In this document: positions 7,705 through 16,722 of the stretch, piece after piece | Layout of the letters: the number at the start of each line of letters is the position of its first letter | How positions within the stretch are numbered: the first letter of the stretch is position 1 | Assembly (NCBI GenBank): GCA_964508365.1 | Contig: CAZDTP010000055.1 | Coordinates: forward strand, 1 to 24,527 | Source of the DNA: an uncultured archaeon | Lineage (GTDB): Archaea; Asgardarchaeota; Lokiarchaeia; Sigyniarchaeales; SOKP01 | Direction: 5' to 3' | DNA length: 24,527 nt | Made by a program: the position numbers and the translations under genes | The notes under the pieces: generated by a model | Databases searched by the model: none | What the model saw: the letters and a program-made list of their open reading frames with translations, nothing else | What the model was told of the DNA's origin: nothing

Positions 7705-7904
7705 ATTAATTCACACATATCTGAATAATCGCTATTATTATATTATAACAACCGTAAGATAAATAAATTTTACACAATTGTTACTATTAAATTCTAATTT
7801 ATTATAAAATAGATTTTTAAAACAAATCCATTATATGATATTATAAATAGAATAAAAAATTAACAATTAAAATAATTAAAATTCCTATAAGAGCGTGAGA
7901 AAAA

Positions 7905-8828
7905 ATTTCTGTAGACTGGCAAAAAGCGGAAGAGAACCCGGATAAGTCCCAAAAGATAGAGGGACGATTCCTATTAGATTTAAGGGCAAAGGTGAACGAT
8001 TTAGAGAAGCAATTAACGGATACAAGAAATGAGTTAGCAAGAACTCAAAGTACCCTTAAAACCACCGGCGAAAGTCTCGAAACTACATCGAAAGAATTAG
8101 ATGATACTAAAACCAACCTTGAAGGTGTTAAAGCAGATTTAGGTGATATTAAAGCTAAGTTGGAGCAAGCTAATGCTCAGATTAAAGAAAAAACACAATC
8201 TAATGCTGCTTTAAACGCTGAAATCGAGGGGCTGAAAGGTAATCTTGATAGTGCAAACACGAAAATAAATGAGCTCGAAGATACTTTAGAAAGCAAAAAA
8301 GAGGAACTTGGTATTACTATCTCAGATCTCTCCACTGAACTTGAAACATCTAAATCTAAAATACAAGATTTAGAAAATAAAATAGCTGAAATGGAAAGCA
8401 CTGGTTCTAATAGCAAAGAACAAATGGAAAAATTAACCAGTGAAATTCAAGAATTAAATAGTAAACTTACAGCTACTCAAGACGAGAATACTAGTTTAAA
8501 TAGCCAATTGATGGAATTAAACAACTTAGTACTCCAAAAAGACACCAAAATTCAAGAGTTATCTGAAAATGTAGATAGCAAAGAGAAATTAGTGGATGCA
8601 CAAACAGCTCGCTTAGAGGAGGTTGAATCCGAATTAGGTGAATTAAAGCCTCCAGAGTTAGGTTCAGGCGGTTTTGCTGCTGACGAAAGGACCACCTGCC
8701 CAATGTGTGGCGCTGTTGGTGGAAACATCAAACAGATCGAAGATAAATCAAAAGTCTTATCGTATGTAGGACATATCCCTATGTACGCTAAAAAGCACGT
8801 TTGCAAAAAGTGTGGCTACGAATTTTAA
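7905..8828 (+). CDS. Long coiled-coil protein with a C-terminal C4 zinc ribbon and a short N-terminal head
   Basis: About 220 aa of continuous heptad repeats, a PPELGSGG linker, then CPMC...CKKC at the C-terminus. The frame is open upstream of the tracked GTG 7992 back to TGA 7896-7898 and encodes protein-like 'ISVDWQKAEENPDKSQKIEGRFLLDLRAK'. The start at ATT 7905 is inferred. Confidence 0.8.
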   Translation: MSVDWQKAEENPDKSQKIEGRFLLDLRAKVNDLEKQLTDTRNELARTQSTLKTTGESLETTSKELDDTKTNLEGVKADLGDIKAKLEQANAQIKEKTQSNAALNAEIEGLKGNLDSANTKINELEDTLESKKEELGITISDLSTELETSKSKIQDLENKIAEMESTGSNSKEQMEKLTSEIQELNSKLTATQDENTSLNSQLMELNNLVLQKDTKIQELSENVDSKEKLVDAQTARLEEVESELGELKPPELGSGGFAADERTTCPMCGAVGGNIKQIEDKSKVLSYVGHIPMYAKKHVCKKCGYEF

Positions 8829-8870
8829 ACTTTTTTATTATCCTTTTATTTTTCTTATCTAATTTTTCTT
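8829..8870 (+). terminator. Oligo-T tracts typical of archaeal intrinsic termination, in a convergent intergenic region
   Basis: TTTTTT, TTTT and TTTTT runs directly follow the stop at 8828. Long A-runs near 8960-8970 give T-tracts for the convergent MFS gene. Confidence 0.45.
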
Positions 8871-8986
8871 ATCTATTGATTATTAAGAGCTAATTTAATA
8901 GTTTGAGGAAATTCTCTTTTTTTTTTATCGATAGTAAACGATTAAATAGAAATAAGAATAAGAAAAAAAAGAATTTTTTTTTAATT

Positions 8987-10378
8987 TTAAACTCTTGCTT
9001 TCTTTTGTTCGTGAATTTCCTCAAGTTTTTCTTTGACTTCCTTAAGTTTTCCACCGTGTAAGGGGTATTTATATATTGCCAATATGGCAATTAATAGAGC
9101 TATTGCTGGAAATATAAAGATTAAAGCTCTTAACCCGAAAGCAACTTGCGATGGATCAACTGATGGATCAAAGGTTGCCCAACCAACAGTACTAAAAACT
9201 GTGCTTATGGCTAAAATTACTAAAATATTAGAAAACCTAAGGACGAAAGCATTTACGCCATAAAATCCCGCTTCTCTACGAATTCCTGTAGCGATTTCGT
9301 CTTCGTCTACGATATCCGCGACAATTAGGTCAATAATATACAATGAACCAGATAAACCAATCCCTAATAAGAAGAAAATAAACAACGCTAATATAAAATC
9401 ACCTATAAGCATTAAAGGAAATAGTGAAATGATCCAAATGGTCATTGAGATCATCCACGCTTTTCTATTACCAATTTTGCGAACAACGGGTCTCCACAAA
9501 AATGTAATAAAAAGCGTAGCTGAAATAAATGTTAAACCTAAAAGCAGTGAAGCCTTAAATGCGTCTGGTTCATTTAAAACATATTTTGCGAAGAGTGGAA
9601 CGAGAGTAGGAAGCATACCATATACAAACCAATTTGCGGTTTCCGAAATAATATACCATCTAAAAGATTTGCTCTTAAAGCAAAATTTTATAGTTTTAAA
9701 GAAACCAAAAGCATTCTTATAATCTTCTTGAAATTCTAGTTTTTCTTTTGGACCAAAAAACAGAAAAATTAATGCTCCCTCTATTACAACTATTCCGGCT
9801 ATAATTCCGAACAATTGATATTCACGTAGCGATGCTGGATCAGAAAAATCTGATATAATTAGTCCAGGCAATATAAATGCAAAAAATAAACCTATAATTG
9901 AGAAAATTTGACGAATATTATTTACTTTCGTTCGTTCTTGCTCAGACATGAAAACTTCTGGAAACATTGAAGTTTGATTTAAGCTGAAAGTAGTGTAAAA
10001 TAGTTCAAAAACGAGAATAATCACCAAAAAATAGTAGAAATTACCTACTTCGTTTATCGTGCCGACAGGTAACGGAGGTGTAAACAGAAAATACATTATT
10101 AATGCCAGAGGTACGAAAGATACAACAATATAAGGCAAACGGCGACCCCATTTTGTGTGTGTTCTATCTGATAAATATCCTATAAGTGGGTCGTTAAATG
10201 CGTTCCAAACTGTCCATATAAAATATCCTAGAGTGATCAGCCAAATATTTATTTGAACTACAGTGAAATAAAATGTAAAAATTAAAAGAATAAATGCTTG
10301 ATAGGCTGTTACATCACTTATTTGTGCAAAACTATAGAAAAACCCTTTCTTAAAAGTTCCAGATTCCCTTTTACTCAA
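8987..10378 (-). CDS. MFS transporter, glycoside-pentoside-hexuronide (MelB/GPH, MFS_2) family
   Basis: About 12 hydrophobic segments; 'WNAFNDPLIGYLSDRTHTKWGRRLPY' and 'ADIVDEDEIATGIRREAGFYG'. TTG start preceded by GGTGA. Confidence 0.92.
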   Translation of the reverse strand: MSKRESGTFKKGFFYSFAQISDVTAYQAFILLIFTFYFTVVQINIWLITLGYFIWTVWNAFNDPLIGYLSDRTHTKWGRRLPYIVVSFVPLALIMYFLFTPPLPVGTINEVGNFYYFLVIILVFELFYTTFSLNQTSMFPEVFMSEQERTKVNNIRQIFSIIGLFFAFILPGLIISDFSDPASLREYQLFGIIAGIVVIEGALIFLFFGPKEKLEFQEDYKNAFGFFKTIKFCFKSKSFRWYIISETANWFVYGMLPTLVPLFAKYVLNEPDAFKASLLLGLTFISATLFITFLWRPVVRKIGNRKAWMISMTIWIISLFPLMLIGDFILALFIFFLLGIGLSGSLYIIDLIVADIVDEDEIATGIRREAGFYGVNAFVLRFSNILVILAISTVFSTVGWATFDPSVDPSQVAFGLRALIFIFPAIALLIAILAIYKYPLHGGKLKEVKEKLEEIHEQKKARV

Positions 10379-10384
10379 AAATTA

Positions 10385-10389
10385 TCACC
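10385..10389 (-). promoter_or_regulatory. Archaeal Shine-Dalgarno motif GGTGA
   Basis: GGTGA lies 6 nt upstream of the TTG start at 10378. Confidence 0.6.
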
Positions 10390-10543
10390 AAATCATCAAT
10401 TTTAAATATTTTATTATATCTAAATCAATTTTTTTTCTTTTAAAAATTTGGCGCACATTTTCTAAACAATGATGTCTCACTTTTTTATGATGATTTTTCT
10501 CAGAAAATATAAAGATTAATATTAGAGATTAAAAAAAAAAGAG

Positions 10544-11944
10544 TTAAACTTTTAACTTCTTTTTCTCATGTAGTTCAGTGAGTTGTGTTTTGATTTGTTT
10601 TAATACATCTCCGTCTAAAGGGTAAAAGTAAATTGCGATTAATGCAATTACTAAAGCGATGGCTGGGAAAATAAACATCAAGCTTCTCAACCCAAACTCG
10701 GGGATATCAATTGGGTTGAATTCTCCCCAATTAGCAATAAGAAATACAGGACCTATAATTAAAAACACAAACACGGTCGCAAATCTTTGGAAGAAAATAT
10801 TTACCCCGTAATAGCCGCCTTCTCTACGGACACCTGTCTTTACCTCATCTTCGTCAACTATATCAGCAATAATGATATCAATAATATACAAAGAGCCGGA
10901 TAAACCTATTCCAATTAAAAAAAATACCACAAATGCTGCAACTTCCATACCTGGTCCTAGAAAAAATAAAGGAACTAAACTAATAATCCAAATCGTCATT
11001 GAGATTAACCAAGATTTCCTTGGTCCAATTTTTTGAACTAACGGTTTCCAAAGAATAGTCATAAAGAATGCAGCAGATAAAAATGTAATCCCTAATAAGA
11101 GAGAAATCATAAAAGGGTCTCCAATTCCTAGGATGAATTCACCATAAAGTGGGACTACTACGGGGAGCATTCCATAAACAAACCAATTCGCAATTTCCGC
11201 GGGAATATATCTCATGAAGCTTTTACTTTTAATACAGAATTTTAGAGCATTAAAAAAATTAGGAGCTTCTTTGTATTCTTGCCTGAATTCTGTTCTTCCT
11301 TTTGGTGAAAATTTTAGAAATAATAGTCCTGGAATAATAATGATGATTGCAACAACTATTGCAAACATAGAATACTCTCCGGGTGCAGGAGTTGTGTAAC
11401 TCGAAATCAACATACCTGGTAAAAGAAAAGCAACAATTAACCCAATAATTGCAAAAAGTTGTCTTACATTGTTGCCTTTAGCTCTTTCTTCCTCTGTAAT
11501 AAATATTTCCGGGAATAATGATGTAAAATTAATATCGTACATAGTAAAAAATAGCTCAAAAATTATGATTATAAAAAGAAAATAAACAAAATTAATAGTC
11601 TTATCAGCAATTCCTAAAGAAAATGGTGGTACAAATATGAAGAAAAGAATAATAGCAATAGGCAATAATGACACCATAACCCAAGGGATTCGACGACCCC
11701 ATCTTGTGTGAGTTCTATCTGACAAAGCCCCAATAAAAGTATCGTTGAAACTATTCCATATTGACCAAATAATAAAACCAAGAGTTATCCACCCAATATC
11801 AAGTCCCACCACTGCAAAGTAAAATGTAAAACTTAAAAACGTGAATGCTTGGTAGGATGCAATATCGGAAATTTGACCGATGCTGTAGGAAACAGCGCGT
11901 TTATACGAAAATTTTCTTGTTTGACTTTCGCTCATGATCATCAA
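10544..11944 (-). CDS. MFS transporter, GPH/MelB family (tandem paralog of 8987-10378)
   Basis: 'WNSFNDTFIGALSDRTHTRWGRRIPW' and 'ADIVDEDEVKTGVRREGGYYG'. The true start may be ATG 11941 or 11935. Confidence 0.92.
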   Translation of the reverse strand: MMIMSESQTRKFSYKRAVSYSIGQISDIASYQAFTFLSFTFYFAVVGLDIGWITLGFIIWSIWNSFNDTFIGALSDRTHTRWGRRIPWVMVSLLPIAIILFFIFVPPFSLGIADKTINFVYFLFIIIIFELFFTMYDINFTSLFPEIFITEEERAKGNNVRQLFAIIGLIVAFLLPGMLISSYTTPAPGEYSMFAIVVAIIIIIPGLLFLKFSPKGRTEFRQEYKEAPNFFNALKFCIKSKSFMRYIPAEIANWFVYGMLPVVVPLYGEFILGIGDPFMISLLLGITFLSAAFFMTILWKPLVQKIGPRKSWLISMTIWIISLVPLFFLGPGMEVAAFVVFFLIGIGLSGSLYIIDIIIADIVDEDEVKTGVRREGGYYGVNIFFQRFATVFVFLIIGPVFLIANWGEFNPIDIPEFGLRSLMFIFPAIALVIALIAIYFYPLDGDVLKQIKTQLTELHEKKKLKV

Positions 11945-12217
11945 TTTTAAATAAAGTAAAACTAATCTTATTTCTTTTCTACCTTTATAAATATTTAGAT
12001 GTGTTCTTCAATTTTTTAATAAAAACCATTTATAGGAATAAATTGTTCCAATTTTAGTATATCCTTAGAAAGAGCCCTAACACTAGGAATATCCAAATAA
12101 CGATAAAGAATGGATTTTTTTATTTCATTCCACTAAAACCAACATAAGACAAAAATAAAAATGATTTTTACATTTAACAAATATATAACAAAAAAACCGT
12201 CAAGAGTCAGGTCCAAA

Positions 12218-13657
12218 ATGGATTTACAAAAGTTGTTCAAACCAAAATCAATGGCAGTAGTTGGAATATCAAAAAAAAATCCACTAAGCCCAGGAAGAAT
12301 CGTTTTGTTAAAAAATGAATTCGAAATGAATGTTAAGGTATATGGTATCTATCCAAATGGAGGAGATCTTGAAGGAATCCAATTATACGAAAAATTAGAT
12401 AAATTACCTGAAATTCCTGATCTACTGGTAATTGCAGTCGGACCAGACGACACTTTAGGATACATTCAAGATTGCGTTGATTTAAATATCCCTTCTTGCG
12501 TCATAATAGGAGGTGGTTTTGCTGAAATTGGTGGCAAAGGCAAAAAAAGACAACAAGAACTCGAGGATAAAGCATTCGACAATGATATCGCAGTTCTCGG
12601 TCCGAACTGTTTAGGAGTTTACGCCCCCCCTACTGTTGATACAATATTTTTACCTACGGAACGCATCACTAGACCTCCTAAAGGCTCTGTAGCTTTAATT
12701 AGTCAATCGGGAGGAGTCTTAGTTGACCAGTTCTTTGTAAAATTCAAAGAGAGAAACATAGGTGTATCAACTGCAGTTTCTATCGGAAATCGAGCAGTTG
12801 TGGACGAGGTAATGTTATTAGAATATTTTAGTAAAGTCGATCAAGAAACTTCAAACATTGCTTTCTATTTAGAAGGATTCAAAGAGGGCAAAGCTAGAAA
12901 ATTTTTACAATTAGCTAAAGAATCAGAAGATACGGTAGTGACATTTTTTGGGGGAAAAACTAGAGAAGGAAAAGTAGCTACCCAATCACATACAGCAAGT
13001 TTAGCAGGAGATTACAAAATTCTTAGTGCCGCGTTAAGACAATATCAAATAATAGAACCTAACTCAGAAAGTGAGCTATTAACCTGTCTAAAAGTCTACG
13101 ATGTCTTATCTCATCGAAAAAATCCTTTTGGGAAAAATGTAATTACATACGGAAATGTCGTTATAGTTTCAGTTTCTGGTGGACATGGAGTAATCGCTTC
13201 TGACATGTTAAAAAAATATGGTTTGAATGCGGTTCGACTTGAAAGACAAGAGAAAAAAGATTTAAAAGAGCTCATGAATCCGTCAGCAAGAGAAATAGCT
13301 TCGTTTAGCAACCCAATAGACCTTACGGGTTCTGTAATTGACACCGATATTGAAAATGTAGTAAGGTATTTATCGGATATTAAGCGGATTGAATGTATAA
13401 TATTGTTATTGCTTCCTTATCCTCCTAATATCTCTTTTCAAATAGGAAGAAGGATAGCAAACATAGTTTCAACGAAAAATAAACCTGTAGTGTGTTTTGT
13501 TCCATATGTTACAAAATATACTTTAATAATCGAATCGCTTGAACTCGCTTACATTCCAGTGTTTCATTCAATTAAAGAAGCAGTTCAAGCTGTTTCTGCG
13601 CTTAAGCATCGGACTAGGGTAGATAATATAAAAAAAGGGAATTTATTTTGGGTGTGA
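12218..13657 (+). CDS. acdA: Acetate/acyl-CoA synthetase (ADP-forming) alpha subunit (CoA-binding + ligase domains)
   Basis: 'LFKPKSMAVVG', 'LGPNCLG', 'SQSGG', 'SIGNRA', phospho-His motif 'SHTASLAG', 'SGGHG' and 'NPIDLTG'. ATG 12218 is preferred to the track start at 12161. Confidence 0.88.
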   Translation: MDLQKLFKPKSMAVVGISKKNPLSPGRIVLLKNEFEMNVKVYGIYPNGGDLEGIQLYEKLDKLPEIPDLLVIAVGPDDTLGYIQDCVDLNIPSCVIIGGGFAEIGGKGKKRQQELEDKAFDNDIAVLGPNCLGVYAPPTVDTIFLPTERITRPPKGSVALISQSGGVLVDQFFVKFKERNIGVSTAVSIGNRAVVDEVMLLEYFSKVDQETSNIAFYLEGFKEGKARKFLQLAKESEDTVVTFFGGKTREGKVATQSHTASLAGDYKILSAALRQYQIIEPNSESELLTCLKVYDVLSHRKNPFGKNVITYGNVVIVSVSGGHGVIASDMLKKYGLNAVRLERQEKKDLKELMNPSAREIASFSNPIDLTGSVIDTDIENVVRYLSDIKRIECIILLLLPYPPNISFQIGRRIANIVSTKNKPVVCFVPYVTKYTLIIESLELAYIPVFHSIKEAVQAVSALKHRTRVDNIKKGNLFWV

Positions 13658-13762
13658 AATTTTAATCTTACATATGTTTTTTTTTAAAAACGGTTTTAAA
13701 ACAAGAGATTACAAATTTTTTTAAATTAATCTCTAATATAGTTCTTAAAGCATTTCACTTTG

Positions 13763-13768
13763 AAGGAG
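13763..13768 (+). promoter_or_regulatory. Shine-Dalgarno-like AAGGAG
   Basis: AAGGAG lies 7 nt upstream of ATG 13776. Confidence 0.5.
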
Positions 13769-13775
13769 ATAATAT

Positions 13776-14660
13776 ATGGAACAACTTATTGGATGGATTG
13801 GAACTGGCGTTATGGGGAAATCTATGTGTGCTCATATATTGAATGCAGGATATAAAATTTCAGTCTATAATCGAACTAAAGAAAAAGCAAATGAATTGAT
13901 TGACATGGGTGCTATTTGGTGTTCGAACCCTAGAGAGGTTGCTGAAAAAAGCGACATAATCTTTACGATTGTTGGATTCCCCCACGATGTTGAAGAAGTA
14001 TATTTAGGAGAGGATGGAATTTTAAAATCGATAAAAGATGGCTCGATTGTAGTAGATATGACAACTTCTGAGCCTTCTCTCGCTCAAAGGATTTATAATA
14101 AGGCGAGGAAATTGGGTATATCATCTTTAGATGCGCCGGTATCTGGAGGAGATGTTGGAGCAAAAAATGGAACACTTGCTATAATGATTGGCGGTGATAA
14201 AGAGACTTACGAAAAAGTGTTACCGCTTTTCGAGTTAATGGGAGAAAACATATCATATATGGGCAAAGAAGGAGCAGGACAACACACTAAAATGAGCAAT
14301 CAAATTCTTATAGCTTCTACAATGATTGGTACTATCGAATCCCTTTTATATGCCTATAAAGCTGGAAATGACTTGGATGAAGTAATTAAAGTTATTGGAA
14401 AGGGAGCAGCAGGTTGTTGGTCAATAAATAATCTAGGACCTCGAATTGCTAAAGGTAATTTTGAACCTGGATTTTTTATTAAACACTTCGTAAAAGATAT
14501 GGGCATCGCACTAAAAGAAGCAAAACTTATGAATCTGTCTTTACCAGGGCTTGCTCTCGCTTATCAATTTTATATATACGCTATAGCATTAGGCTTAGAG
14601 AACCTGGGAAGCCACGGATTATACAAAGTTCTTGCGAAAATGAACGGAATAGATATATAA
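13776..14660 (+). CDS. NAD(P)-dependent beta-hydroxyacid dehydrogenase (3-hydroxyisobutyrate / 2-hydroxy-3-oxopropionate reductase family)
   Basis: 'IGWIGTGVMG' Rossmann motif, 'YNRT', 'VDMTTS', 'LDAPVSGG' and catalytic Lys in 'GQHTKMSNQ'. Confidence 0.93.
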   Translation: MEQLIGWIGTGVMGKSMCAHILNAGYKISVYNRTKEKANELIDMGAIWCSNPREVAEKSDIIFTIVGFPHDVEEVYLGEDGILKSIKDGSIVVDMTTSEPSLAQRIYNKARKLGISSLDAPVSGGDVGAKNGTLAIMIGGDKETYEKVLPLFELMGENISYMGKEGAGQHTKMSNQILIASTMIGTIESLLYAYKAGNDLDEVIKVIGKGAAGCWSINNLGPRIAKGNFEPGFFIKHFVKDMGIALKEAKLMNLSLPGLALAYQFYIYAIALGLENLGSHGLYKVLAKMNGIDI

Positions 14661-14681
14661 CAAAACTGATTAAATTAGGGT

Positions 14682-15797
14682 TTAGTATTTTTCTTTTATA
14701 TATTCTTCTAACTTTTTTATGGCTTCAGGCATGTTTTTTCTACCAAAACCTATCCTGAAATAGCGATCACCGTAATTATAATTAGTGCTTGGCATTAACA
14801 ATACGCTCTTTTCTTTCAATAGATCCAAACAAAAAGCCTCCACACTATCATTTACAAGCAATCTCGGAAAGGCTATCGAACCTGCTTTTGGTTTAATCCA
14901 TTTGAATAAATCCTTATATTTATTAAAAAAATTATCCAAGAGATTCAAGTTATCAGATATGATGCCCAAATTTCGTTTTATTATTATGCTTTTGTTGCGT
15001 AATGCCAAGATTGCAAAAAATTCACTTAAAGCGCTATTGCAAATGGTTGTATAGTTTTTGAAGGATGCAATATCTTTATAAAGCGCTTTATCTTTTATTG
15101 CAATCCATCCAATTCTTAGTCCAGCTAACCCAAAAGATTTGGACATAACCCCAATTGAAATTCCTTTATCGTAGAGATCGCAAGCAGAAGGTAACCTTTC
15201 GGTATCGCTATATTCTAAAAATTTATATACTTCGTCAGACAGGAGGTAAATATCATTTTTTTTAGCTATATTAATAATTCTATTATATTTTTCTTTTGAA
15301 GGGAGGTATCCTGTTGGATTGTTAGGAAAATTGACTACAATGCATTTTGTAGAGTGGTTAATATTCGCTTCTAAAAAATTTAAATCTAACTCCCAACTGT
15401 TCTCATCATCCATCAACCATTTGGTAACCTTGCATCCAATAGCGTTAGCAATTTCGTAAAGAGATTGGTACGCGGGATACTGAACAATAATATGGTCTCC
15501 TTTGGTTAATAAAACATTCATAAAAACAAAGATTACCTCTTCAGCCCCAGAAAATACAATAACTTCCTCCTGATGAATATTCTTATATAGTTTTGATATT
15601 TCCTCTCTTAGGATAGGACTCCCAAGTGATTCTGTGTATCCTAAAGACAGTTCTTTAAGATCTTCTAAAGAATCCTTTTCTAAAGTAAGCATCTCATCTA
15701 CGCTGAATGATTCGCAATCTGAGGAACATAATGTATATTTAACATTAAATTCGTGCTTTGCAAAATACTCTTCTAATTTGAAGGTCTTAATTCTCAT
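14682..15797 (-). CDS. PLP-dependent aminotransferase class I/II
   Basis: 'NFPNNPTG', 'SDEVY' and the PLP-lysine motif 'GVMSKSFGLAGLRIGW'. Confidence 0.93.
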   Translation of the reverse strand: MRIKTFKLEEYFAKHEFNVKYTLCSSDCESFSVDEMLTLEKDSLEDLKELSLGYTESLGSPILREEISKLYKNIHQEEVIVFSGAEEVIFVFMNVLLTKGDHIIVQYPAYQSLYEIANAIGCKVTKWLMDDENSWELDLNFLEANINHSTKCIVVNFPNNPTGYLPSKEKYNRIINIAKKNDIYLLSDEVYKFLEYSDTERLPSACDLYDKGISIGVMSKSFGLAGLRIGWIAIKDKALYKDIASFKNYTTICNSALSEFFAILALRNKSIIIKRNLGIISDNLNLLDNFFNKYKDLFKWIKPKAGSIAFPRLLVNDSVEAFCLDLLKEKSVLLMPSTNYNYGDRYFRIGFGRKNMPEAIKKLEEYIKEKY

Positions 15798-15831
15798 TTC
15801 ATTAAAGAATTAAGATTGGTAAGATATAAAA

Positions 15832-16647
15832 CTAGGTAACATCAATAATTTTTTCAATTTGTTTGATTGATTTCTCTACATATTCTTTATCATTTATCGT
15901 GAGTTCAATAGCGTTTTGGGGGCAAATTTCAACACAGCGACCACAACCTCTACATTCTTTACTAATTTTGGCACGATTATCAACCATATGAATCGCATCG
16001 ACAAAACATATTCCTTGCATACATGTTCCACATCCTATACATCTTTCTGTTACTTTTAGGGACACTCCAGGCATTTTTTGCACTTTGGAACCAATTTTAG
16101 AAGTTACCAATGGAGATATACGCCATAAGCAACAGCAAGGATCGCAATTACATATACTAAGAAGTTTATATCCTGGATTTACTCCAAGCCATTGCTTATC
16201 TAATTTATTTCTTCCAATCATATGGACTAAACCAGCTTCTCTACATTTTTTTACGTGATCAAGGGCTTCTTCCTTAGTTACAAGGCGTCCTAATTGAGGA
16301 TTAATTCCCAAAACAGCTTCTCCAAGAAATAAACATCCTAAATCAATTGGATAATCTTTGCACTGCATTGATTCCCGACATATACAGAAATTCATTACCC
16401 AATGATAGTTAGCTTTTTCTATAAAGTGTTCCAAAACTTTTGAGGGTAACACCAATTCCGCTTGTTTTTCAACTTCTTTATTTATAGAAATTACTTTATC
16501 TTTCGTTAAATAAATAATATCGTCTCCTTCAAAAAGTAACAAATCAATAACTTTTCCTATAATAGGAACCCTTGTTAATCTAGCTATTAATTTAATATTT
16601 GGAAAAGTTTTTTCCAGTAAATTTACGAACCATAGAGGTCTTGCCAT
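15832..16647 (-). CDS. Cys-rich Fe-S protein with a C-terminal 2x[4Fe-4S] ferredoxin domain
   Basis: CIGCGTCMQGIC and CRGCGRCVEICP ferredoxin motifs, plus upstream CxCRx4C and CNCDPCCC motifs; 18 Cys in 271 aa. Confidence 0.85.
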   Translation of the reverse strand: MARPLWFVNLLEKTFPNIKLIARLTRVPIIGKVIDLLLFEGDDIIYLTKDKVISINKEVEKQAELVLPSKVLEHFIEKANYHWVMNFCICRESMQCKDYPIDLGCLFLGEAVLGINPQLGRLVTKEEALDHVKKCREAGLVHMIGRNKLDKQWLGVNPGYKLLSICNCDPCCCLWRISPLVTSKIGSKVQKMPGVSLKVTERCIGCGTCMQGICFVDAIHMVDNRAKISKECRGCGRCVEICPQNAIELTINDKEYVEKSIKQIEKIIDVT

Positions 16648-16722
16648 ATTTTTATCAATCCCACAAATTCTAAACTATTCTAACTTTAATATCTAATATT
16701 CTGGAAGAAATATAAAACTAGT

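Noticed and set aside
7896-7898. In-frame TGA upstream of the coiled-coil ORF as a possible selenocysteine codon
   Set aside because: There is no start codon upstream before the next stop (TAG 7848), no redox motif context and no SECIS-like element seen.
7946-7965. GC-rich hairpin GTCCC-N10-GGGAC in an apparent intergenic region, suggesting a riboswitch or ncRNA
   Set aside because: It lies inside the in-frame coding extension of the coiled-coil gene, has no recognisable riboswitch core, and is too far (about 40 nt) from the A6 run to be a typical frameshift stimulator.
12020-12145. Short minus-strand open frames in the MFS/acdA divergent spacer (one hydrophobic, 'NPFFIVIWIFLVLGLFLRIY')
   Set aside because: No usable in-frame start codon; hydrophobicity is explained by T-rich composition.
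12161-12217. N-terminal extension of acdA in the track
   Set aside because: AcdA homology starts at 'MDLQKLFKPKS' (ATG 12218); the extension is low-complexity and AT-rich.
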